A DNA stretch of 62,165 nucleotides, counting the filler, from Gonapodya sp. JEL0774 (taxonomy: Eukaryota), in assembly GCA_027604505.1 (NCBI GenBank). It is 2 parts of 2 records of this genome, joined end to end, with 100 filler letters (N's around TTAATTAATTAA, not from the genome) between each part and the next. Parts side by side here need not be neighbours in the genome. Positions count along the whole stretch, not along the records: positions 1 to 31,298 come from JADIIX010000202.1; 1 more part is not named here. One strand, written 5' to 3'. Numbering within the stretch: position 1 is the stretch's first letter; each line of letters opens with the position of its first letter. Positions 9,991 to 20,184 of this stretch are shown piece after piece. The position numbers were made by a program, and so were the translations under genes. Below the pieces are notes generated by a model, which ran no database searches, was not told the DNA's origin, and saw only the letters and a program-made list of their open reading frames with translations.

Positions 9991-12900
9991 ATGGATTCGA
10001 TACCTGCAATCGACTCCATTTCCACTACTCCTCCACCATTGCCTCCTAGACGGCCACCCCAACCCATCAATCCTACTCCTTTGGAAAAACGTCACCGAGT
10101 ATACATTGGAGTCAGTCCACTTGTGGGTGCTGGTGAGTTTTAGCATTCATAATTTTGGCTAAAGGCTCAAGATGGGGCTCAAGACGGGACGCCTTCCACT
10201 TCATGCATCATTGATTTGAAGGTTGGGTTGCATACCTCGCGACTGCGGGAGAGAAACTCTTCGGAGATAATCGCACGACCCATTCCTACGCCGTTGTCGC
10301 CTGGCAAGATGTCTCCGGTGGGGCAAAGCTCTTGCGCTATGAGTTGCTTCTCAAAGAACCGTCACTCAAGACCACGGCGACGGATACAACGGCACTCAAG
10401 AATTTCTCTCGTGACCCGTCTATCGTCGGCGTGAGCTCGGTCTCAAAAACTCTTGCATCGTCCACGAACTCGACGTATGATCCATCCGAGTTCCCTCGGG
10501 TTTGGTCTGAAGCGAACCCTTCGGACCGAATTTTTGAAATCGGGTGGACCGATCTTACACCAGCGGATGCTCAACGGTTTACTGACGAATGGCCCAAAAA
10601 GCACATCAAGGTACGGCTCGTCTTGCACTCGCAGGTTGTTATTTCTCGTCGCGACATTGTCGTTCTTCCGGATCTCTGCGATTACCCTTGGAACCCTCCA
10701 GTACAACGCCTTTTGGGACAATTGTCGAACATTTGTCGATACTTTTTGCAAGTACGTGGTTACCGAGCGACCGGGGGTGTGGGAAGTTCCTCTTCCGGGA
10801 GTCACGCGGGTGGACAAGGGTACTGTTGTCGCAAGCGCAGGCAAGGTGAATGAAGCCGGACGAGATCATGCAAGAGAGCCACGCTGACCCTTTCCTCACT
10901 GCATTCTAGGTTTTTGATTCCCCACTCGAGTATGTTCACTGGTGCGACAAGACTTCTCGCGCGGCCCGTCGGCGCAATGCTCGATCCGGTGCCACCGTGC
11001 GTGCAAGCACGGATTCGGTGGTATCGACGGGCCAGAGTGTACACGATGCAGATGTCACATCCAAAATTCACGTGGCAGTGAACTTGGAAGGGCGAATCGA
11101 CGTTGAGATCGAGGATAATGGCCTGGGGGATGACATTTCGCTGGCTGAACAGGTGGATGGTGCAACTGCAGAATCGGTTGGATGGGTGGATGTGAAAGTG
11201 CCAGGACAGTCTCCAGGAGTGAATAAGCGAAGCGGGTCAGAGGACGGGGCGGCGAGTCTGCGGAGCTCTATTATGAAAGCACGAGAATCTATTGCAGTGC
11301 CGAGGCTCAACGTTGTGATTACGATCGTGGGAAGTCGTGGAGGTGAGGGCACACACCGCGCTGTTGGCGGTCAGGTTGCCGTTCTGACGGTGCAGCGTCC
11401 ATGCACTCGCTATAGACGTCCAACCGTTCATCGCATTTGGAAAGCGTCTTCAAAGACCCTCCGCCAAGCACCCACATGGTCACCGTGTTCGTCTAGCGAC
11501 GCATGAGACGTTTAGAAAGTTCGTCACTGACGCGGGCCTCGAGTTTTACCCTCTTGCAGGTGACCCGGCCGAGCTCATGGCGTACATGGTCAAGAGTATG
11601 TAAACGCGCTGTGATCGTGATTGCCGGCGAGGCCCAAAGTCAACCGTTTCATGCACAATCTCTTTCCAGATCCCGGTCTTCTTCCCGGGTACGAATCAAT
11701 CCGCGCTGGTGACATTGGAAAGAAGCGTGCAACCATGCGTGCGATTCTCTCTTCTTTGTACAAGGCGTGCACTGAGGCCGAACACGGTATGCCGCCATTT
11801 ACTGCTGATGTGATCGTGTCGAATCCGCCAACGTTTGGTCACATTCATGTCGCGGAGAAGATGGGGATACCCCTTCATATCTTTTTCACAATGCCATGGT
11901 TAGTATGTTCCTTCTCTCTCGCTGGCTATGGTTTTTGGACTCTGTAAAGCTCGAAATCTGAGAGCATTTCCTCGCCATAATAGGTCAACTACTTCAGCTT
12001 TCCCACACCCTCTGGTAAACTCGTGCAGTTAAGATATCACACGGTGATGAAGATTTTGATTCAATCTATTCGTCAAGGCGAACATTAAATCCTCAAATGC
12101 TGACAACTCCCTCAGCAATCGCGTATCATACGAAGTGACGGAAGTGATGACATGGGAAGGACTTGGAGACGTCATAAACGGTATGACAAGTCCCACACTT
12201 ACGCAAGAAACTTCAATCCGCTTAGCTGATGCATTTGGTTCCTTGGTCTACCAGAGTTCCGTCGCGAAGAACTCGACCTTCCCGGCCTTCCCGTGCCAGT
12301 CGCACCCTGGCTTCTTAAAAATTTGAAGGTGCCGCACTCATACATGTGGAGTCCAAATCTTATTCCCAAGCCCTCCGATTGGGGTGATCACATCGACGTG
12401 GTCGGATTCTTTTTTCTCCCCGGCTCCGGGGAAAACAATTACACCCCTCCGGCCGACCTGACGGCGTTCTTGTCGCACAAGGACAAGCCCATCGTGTACA
12501 TTGGGTTCGGATCCATCGTGGTGGACGATCCCAACAAACTGACCAGGATGATCTTCGAGGCGGTGGAGAAGGCGGGAGTGAGGGCAATCTTGTCCAAAGG
12601 GTGGGGCGGGCTTGGAGGCAGTGAACTTACCGTGCCCGAGAATGTGTACATGGTAGGTTCTTTGGTCGATGATATCACACGGCAGGGTAGCTCACATTAT
12701 TTCTCCAGCTCGGAGCGTGCCCTCACGATTGGTTGTTTAAAAACGTCGCAGCGGTTGTCCATCACGGTGGGGCCGGAACCACGGCAACTGGGTAAGCTCT
12801 GGGCCAACTAGCAATTACAATTTGTTCCCTGAGTTTATTTTGCTCACAACGCATCTCAATAGGTTGATATGCGGTCGTCCGACTGTCATCGTGCCGTTTT

Positions 12901-14592
12901 TTGGTGATCAACCGTTCGTGAGTGGATCAGTGAGCGTCCACAACTATCTGCCGTGTGCTGACAATTTGGTGTTTGAAACCGTCACCATGTTCAGTGGGGA
13001 GCCATGGTGAGTCAACGTGTACAACCACCACTGCGAACTTGTGATCGTAATCAACGTCTTTCTTCTTCTCAGGTTGCCCGCATGGGAGTTGGACCCGCGC
13101 CAATTCCTTTCAAATCGCTCACGTCCGAAAACCTCGCTGCAGCGATCCAGTTTTGCCTCCACCCAGATGTCGCGGAAGCCGCATTCGTGTTGGGAACTGA
13201 GATGAGCAAGGAAGACGGGGTGGGGGCCGGCGTGGAGAGCTTTCACAAACACCTGCCGCTGGAGAAAATGGTGGGTGCTCGGGTGTGGTGAGGGAGGGGG
13301 GAGTGGTGGAGTGCGGTGTATGAGCTTGACGTCCTCCACGCCACCGATGTAGATCTGTGACATCGACAAAACACTTTTGGCAGACTGGTATTCCGAAGAG
13401 GCCAACATTCTACTGTCCACGGCTGTTATGCGAGTCTTAGTGGAGGAGGGTCTGCTTCAGAAGAAAAAGATTTACAGATACGCCAACTCGCATTGGGAGA
13501 CCGACACACAACCGACGGAGTTGCTGGTGAGCCTTTTCCTTCTATTTGCGTGATCGATCTTTCACCTTGAGGTGAGACGTGGATCTGTCACCCCACTTCA
13601 TATGTTTTTGTTCGTTCTGTTCTTTTTCGTCCAGACCGGTGCCCTCGGAGCCGCAAAAAGCCTCACAGTCGGTACAACCAAGGGTCTCGCGAGCTTCTTT
13701 ATAGAAACTGGCTCGGGGATCCAGAAGGCCACGAAAGCAGACTCGGTTGCACAAGGCGCTCTGGAGGTGGCCAAAGGGATGGGTATAGGATTTGGTGGAA
13801 CGATGTACTACAGCGTCAAGGGTCGGTGTTCCCCCCGCTTCTTTTCTGTTCATGAGATTTGTAACGACTGTTCATTCTCGTTCCCATTTTCACATACCCT
13901 TGTCTCCCCCCCTTCCACCCCTCCAAGCCGGCGGCCGCGTCGTGGAAAAGCTCTCCTCCGGTCTCAAAAACACCCACAACCTCGTCTCAGGTCGTCCATC
14001 CACGACCCCACCCGCCATCCACGACGCTGGCAGCGGGTTCTTGGAGGGCGCGAAATCGTTCGGGTACGGCATCGGTGCCGGCGTGGGCGAGTTTTTTGTG
14101 AAACCTGTGGAAGGAGCGGTGAAGGAGGGGTGGGTCGGCGCGCTCAAGGGGTTTGGAAGGGGGTCGGTGGCGCTGGTGACCCTGCCCACGGCGGGCACGA
14201 TGGATCTGGTGGTTATGAGTGGGAAGGGGCTCAATCGGAGCGTGCAGAAGGCGATCAAGGGACGCCGGAAGGAGCGAGATGCCAGAGAACAGCGGGAGGG
14301 CGCCGGGTCCATGGCAGGGTCCGATACAGAGAGGGAGAAGCAGATCGGGGACGGAACCAACGACAGTGGACGCCAGAGTACCTCCGCGACGACCACGACG
14401 GCGGCCGCGGCGACTGCGGCGCCGCGAACGTCGAGCAGCAGCGGCAATACGGACACCGGCTCCACCTCGTCCCAAGACCAGTGGGGTGACTACCAACCCA
14501 CCGTGCTCGACCGAGCGCGGATCTTGACCGCGTACGAGAACCTATTGCGGTGGAGGGTGAGAGCAGATGCGGAGGGACAGGGAGCGGACTGA
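9991..14592 (+). CDS. Sterol 3-beta-glucosyltransferase (UGT80/UGT51-like) with an N-terminal permuted papain-like (PPPDE/LRAT-type) domain and a C-terminal Gly-rich amphipathic ATG2/VPS13-C-like region
   Basis: In-frame exons 9991-10132, 10222-10610, 10702-10845, 10910-11342, 11416-11595, 11670-11898, with further exons to the stop at 14592. GT motifs: [139 protein letters not shown]-terminal domain has THSYAVV and [11 protein letters not shown]. The exact start codon is less certain. Confidence 0.9.
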
Positions 14593-15031
14593 GTGAGGCG
14601 GGGCGCTCGCACGAGGAGAGGACCAAGGTGCATCGTAGCATGTTTCCCACTTGTTGAAAAAGTGGCGGGGTGGTACAATGTAGGCAACAATATAGACCCC
14701 GTATTGGAATAATTTATTTAATCAATGGGGCCACGCGGGTAGATGATTTCAGCGAAGATCGAGCGAACAAACGTGTGGATGGTTCTGGTCCCACCGCATC
14801 CAGCCCATAATAACCAGCGTTGACCCTCCCGTGATGGTCGGTCACCCGACATACTCTCGGCAATCGTTGAGATGGAATCCCAACTAACCCCCTACCCACC
14901 ACCCCTTGTGGTCACCTGAAAAGGTGGCTTGGAAACTCGCAGAGTCAACGTAGTAATCCAAAATCACCTATCTGGGGTTTGCCTGTTCGAGAGGTGTGCA
15001 GCGGAAGGTCATTGAGGGTCCCGTTATTGCA

Positions 15032-15296
15032 CTCATAGCCAGCGTCGTTCGAGTCCCCTTGGTGGAGCAAAAAGGAGTGCTTGTTCTGACGCTCCAACAT
15101 GCAATGTGAGGACCGGGGTACTCCGCCACACGTTGCACGTCGGTCTCGTCGTGGATGTGGGCCCGGTCATCGCTCTCATGGCCAGCGTCGTTCACGTCCC
15201 CGTGGAGGAGCAAAAAGGAGTGCTTGTTCTGACGCTCCAACCTGCAATGTGAGGACCGGGGTACTCCGTCACACGTGCACGTCGGTCTCGTCGTGG
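15032..15296. repeat. Direct repeat of a ~123-bp block with ~143-bp period
   Basis: CTCAT(A/G)GCCAGCGTCGTTC...GGAGCAAAAAGGAGTGCTTGTTCTGACGCTCCAAC.TGCAATGTGAGGACCGGGGTACTCCG...CACGTCGGTCTCGTCGTGG at ~15032-15154 and ~15175-15296. Confidence 0.85.
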
Positions 15297-16051
15297 TAAC
15301 CTCGTCCAAGGTGTCCCTCCCGGCAGACCCGCCCGTACCCTACCGGGTATGACGGTGGTGGGACGGCGGCCGCGCGGGCGCCCCCCCCCCCCCCCCATCC
15401 CCCTTGCCCGTGACCAAAAATAGCCCCGCCGGATTTCTTCGAGGCCACTTTTGCAAGTCTCGAAATGAACAACAGTCAACACCTTCCCTCGGCTTTCGGT
15501 TGTGGTACAGGGTTGGTGCTGTGAAAGCGATGCTGGTCCGAGTTCCCGCAGCACTAATAGACCAGTGTTTTCACCGTGTGGTCCACGGTATCTACACAAT
15601 CCATCGTTGGGGCATGCGCGCGGATGCCGCGTGGAAGTGTGGCCGTGTGGGGACCGTCGCGTGGTGCGGAATGGTGGGTGAATGATTAAAAGAATGGTGC
15701 AGACGAGATGGGAAGACTTTTGGTCGGTCGAGTGGTGATCGGAGGACGCGGGATGGGTCACGTGTGGGTGGTGGGTGTAAGAATGGGAATGGGACCCGCC
15801 CCGTCCATGTGCATCCGTTGCATCCCGGCCCTCATTCCTCTCGACCTTCTTCCCCTTTCTCCTTCTCACCGTACCCATTCCACTCTCACCCTCGCCCACT
15901 CCTCTCGCAACCATGAAGGGGGGTCGGGGGTGAGGTGTGTGTGTTCACTGGTCCTTTTGCGGATCTGCGAATCGATCGGCTTCAAAAAGACCAGCAGCCT
16001 CGCGGACGACCGTGTGCAGTGTATCGCTTCCGGTCGCGTCTGACACTTCTC

Positions 16052-17422
16052 CTACCCCTCGGTGGACGTGGACGTGGACGCACCATGGTCCCACTCCAGC
16101 ACGTCCGCGAAGGTCATGATCGGCGGCCGCGGGCACGACCAGGTGGGTGGCAGTTCGGAGTCGAGGGCAAAGTATTTCTAATGGTATGGTGGTGTGGGCG
16201 TGGCATGAGTGGGGGGATGGTGATGAGAAAGGTAGTGGATGTGATGGTCAAGGTCGGTCACCCACTGACGGCACACGGGACCCCAACGCTCGATTCCCGA
16301 TGGGATGAGGAGATCGGTCAGGTCACCGTTGCCATCATTCAAAAATAGAATCTGCCTCGCACCAGGGCACCCCAACCCCCCCCTCTCTCTCTCTCATTGC
16401 CAACCGCTCACCTGAAAGTAAAACCACGGATCGCCACACTGGAACGACTCTTGAGCGGGATCTTTACTCCTGAGCACCCTGTACCGACTGGGTTCAGAGG
16501 CCAAGAGGGAGTTGATGAGCGTCTGGTCCTTGCCGACGAAGCAGTCGCCCTGTTCCAAGAGGCGGTCGTGGAGGGCGTAGAAGGCGGAGGAGTAGGCGAG
16601 GAGTGCACGGGGTGGGCCCCAGAAGGTCGTTCCGGCGATGATGTCGCCGGTGAGGAGCGGGGTTGATGAAGTGGGGAAGGAGCGGGCCGATTCGAGGAGG
16701 GAGGGGGTTTTGTGGTGGACAATGTGCTGGAACAGGACCGAGGCGTTGCGGTCAGGGAACGCCAGAGCGACGCGAAGAGGGTCCGGCCACACGCGCAAGT
16801 TGCTGACGGTATCTGCTTCCCTGAACGACCCGACGTCGACCCAGGCATAGACGTTGGCGGGGAGGGCGGCACGGTTGATAGCTGCGGCGACCAAGAAGGG
16901 TTTCGCGTTCCATATGGCGTAGAGGTCAGGCGAGTGGGAGCGACGTTCAGGGTCGAGAGGGGGTTGAAGGAGCCGGTATGCGGTGCGGTGGGGGTGGATG
17001 GGAGGTAGGTGGAATGGGGAGGGGAGGATGACGTATTCAGTGGGGAGGGAAGGGTCGCGGAGGGATTTTATTGCAGGGAGAGCGGAAGGAGAAGTGTACA
17101 CGACGAGAGGAGCGTGAATTGCGAGGAGTGGAGCCATCCAAGTGAGGTAGTCAGAGTGCGAGTGTTTTGAGCGAGCGAGAGGGAAGTAGGCTGTGACGAT
17201 TGTTGCAGGAGCGGGGTTGAGAGATGAAGGGAAGAGAGCGGGAGAGCCCGAGAGAGAGGACGACATGGGCTGGAGAACGTTGTCGTCCATGAGTGGGAGA
17301 TTGAGAGAGAAGAGGGAGGGAAGGGAGGGAGAGAAGCGGGACGAGAAGAGAACAAGCAGGAGAGAGAAGAGCGACAGAAGAGACAGAAGAGCGAGAAGAG
17401 TCCGGAGATGCGTCGGCGACAT
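16052..17422 (-). CDS. HtrL/YibB (WlaTC-like) family putative glycosyltransferase, type II membrane protein; 2 exons
   Basis: ATG at 17422 followed by TM helix LLALLSLLSLFSLLLVLF. Motifs TIVTAYFPLARSKHSHSDYLTWM, LYAIWNAKPFLV, YAWVDVGSFR, IIAGTTFWG, FVGKDQTLIN, CGDPWFYFQ. Donor after 16412; preferred exon 2 is 16177-16052 (KYFALDSE...EG*). An alternative in-frame acceptor gives an exon starting at 16351. Confidence 0.78.
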
Positions 17423-17781
17423 TGACGGGGGAAGCGTAGCTCGAGTGTCTGGGATTGTGGAACACACTAATATTTGCTGGCAGTTGAACCAGGACATTTG
17501 AATAGCCAATGAATAATCTGGAGAGACCGAACGCTCTGTTTTACATGAACTCGCGGTCGACTGTCTGAGTTTGGCAAGTCAAGTGGCTGGCAACTGATGA
17601 TCCAACCACTAGTTGGAGATGACTACCGCTAATACTGTTCTTACACGGAATAAATTTCGTGACGGTGATTCGGAATGTACATGTCAGAAAGGCCACCTTA
17701 AAGGCACCGGTCCACCAACGGAAAGTCGGTAACGTCATCGAGAACCGGGCAACCCACTAATCCAATCCATACCCATCACCC

Positions 17782-19282
17782 ATGCGACCTCACCCATACT
17801 TCGTTCACATCACTCAGAGAAGGATGGCTTCCCAACCGGCCGAAAGGGCCCTTGCTTTGGGAATCGAGCCATTCTCGATCGAACAAGCAGCGTTACCAGA
17901 CATGTCTATCGACGAAGCCGCCAAGGCGTTCCGCGAGGCAATGGCGAAGATGTGGGACTTGTCAAGTGGGGACGATGATGATCGGAACGGCTGCCAGGTC
18001 CGAGGAGGAGGCGACAGTGGAAGTCGTAGTTACGGTAAATTGGATGCAAGGGAAGATGCCAGTGACTGCGACGATGACGACGACGACGATGAGAACACTG
18101 GCGAAACGAAAGCGAAAAAGAAGAAGAAGAAGAAGAAGAAGAAGAAGAAGACGGCGACGACGACAATAACAACCACCACAACCCCCCACCCCACCTCCAC
18201 CCCCCCCGCGCCTGCCCTCCCCTTCCGTCTCTTCCACGACCTCGAACCCGTACCCCTCCTCCCTCCAAACCCCGCTGATGCCGCCGCGGAAATGGCCAGA
18301 CGGATGAGAGAGGAGTGGTTGAGACTAGAGGAGGAGAAGGACAGGTGAGCCCATTTGTCGGGGGACGGACCCTGAACATGACGACGAAGCCATAAGAACG
18401 AAACAAGGAACGCAAGAGCACATCTTCTTGATGTGACCCGTGAAATTTCACGGAAACGAGTGGTGAACATGGGAACGCGATGGAAGTTTTCCTCATACGG
18501 CCAGAGTCGAGAGATTGTGCCTCCTCGTGACGGGTGACGGACTGTGCACAAGCGATATCTGATGAATAACCACATTGTGAATGATCATGGAACCACCATT
18601 TGGCCTGATGGACGGTGTCTCCCATTCTGACCCTTCCTTGCCAACACCACTCCATTCGCACCGAAATACCTCGCATCCCCCACCCACATTTTGCACCTCT
18701 CTACATTACACACCCACCACACCCACCCCCAGCGTCCCCATCCACCGCCTCGCCTCGTGCGCCGTCACGGCCGCCGATGTGTTCCGAGAAGCGGCCGTTC
18801 CATGGGTTGGTTGAACGTTTGAACCCTTTTTTGTGGTCGTCCCCACCACGAGCGACCCACGCACGCCGTTCGTGTGGGATTTGTAATGACTCAACCCAAC
18901 GTGCTTCGCAATTTGTCACCCTCATTCCCTTGCACCTGCCCCCCGCGACCCAACGCTCACCCCCCGCTCCATCGCATCACCCAATACCCACCACCACTGA
19001 CCACCGGCCCACCTCCAGTCCCGCGTCTGGTCCCACCGAGTCGTCCACCTCCCCTTGTCCCTTCCCTCCACCACCACCACCACCACCACCACCCGGACCC
19101 ACCGCACGCGCCCCAACCGCCCCTCCTCGGCGAAGAAGCGCTGGCGAGCCGAGAGGGATAAGGACAGGCAGAGGGTGTTTGGGCGCATAGCTAGATTGAA
19201 GGCGGACGCTGCGGCGGCGGGCGGGCGGGCGTGGGCGAGGCCCGGGGGCGGTGGAGGGCTGGAAGGATATGCGAGGCGGTAG
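17782..19282 (+). CDS. Fungal DUF2011-like protein with poly-Asp, poly-Lys and poly-Thr tracts; 3 exons
   Basis: In-frame exons 17782 (or 17824)-18344, 18733-18805, 19019-19282. Motifs PFRLF, AVTAADVFREAAVPWSRVWSHRVVHL and basic RPSSAKKRWR resemble DUF2011 as I recall it. Confidence 0.55.
18118..18150 (+). repeat. (AAG)11 coding microsatellite (poly-Lys)
   Basis: Eleven consecutive AAG codons. Confidence 0.95.
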
Positions 19283-20184
19283 CCGTTAGTCGGTGGCGAC
19301 ACGGGGCGCCGGCGGGTGGGAACGGTAGGTGGGATGAATGGGATGAATGGGTGCCTTGGTCGGGTTGGTGGACAGACATAACGAGGACTATTTTTTTATT
19401 GCTTGTCAGAATTCAGATAACACGGGGAATTCTAGCTTGGATACCTTTTGCTTGCCAAGATGGTGTGAAGGGTGGTATGCCGTTTTCCTGTGGGTTCATC
19501 CTCCCTTCGGGTGAACATAAACCGCGTTCATGGCAAACAGGTGCGGGTCTTGCAGTGAAGCAAAGGAGACTCAAAGATGTTTGCTTCACACCGTTCCTGA
19601 CTTATACTTGGACACACATGATTCACATCATTGATAAATCACACACAGCACACCAGGGCAGTACTCATAATTATTGGGATTGATGTATTTGCAGTCACTT
19701 GTTGAAATGAATACGTTGTCATCCAATTGAATACAATAAATACCTGTGACTGGCTGGGGTGGCAAGCGCACTGTGTGATCATGAGTGAGGCAGTTGCATA
19801 TTTCGGCCAGCCTGACATCTCCATATCTTCCCATCACCGACCCTCTGGTTCCAGAAACCCACAAAGCCATCGAGGAGCCGCGTGCCAGCGCTGATTATTC
19901 ACCCCAGCTTTAACCCCCCAGCCGCGCGGCGCCGCTCATCTCCTCCCAAATTCCCGACGAACCAACACCAGCTGGCTCGCTTCCCACCAACGTGAACATT
20001 GAGGTGTCCGACCGGGGACCACACCCCGTCTCCTGGCGACCTCGATAAGCTTTCACTGGAGGCCCTCTGGGGCTGTTGCAGGCACATCACAACGGATCAC
20101 GAATCACCAACGTTCCCGCGCGTGGTTTGACAAGGGTGACTTTCGGAACGGAACGGAACGAAACGGAAAGAGCAAGTCCAAGTC

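Noticed and set aside
16178..16351. In-frame candidate second exon for the HtrL gene (ILFLNDG...PPYH*)
   Set aside because: Exon 16177-16052 gives the more family-like WFYFQKYFA and follows a C-rich acceptor tract; kept only as a possible alternative.
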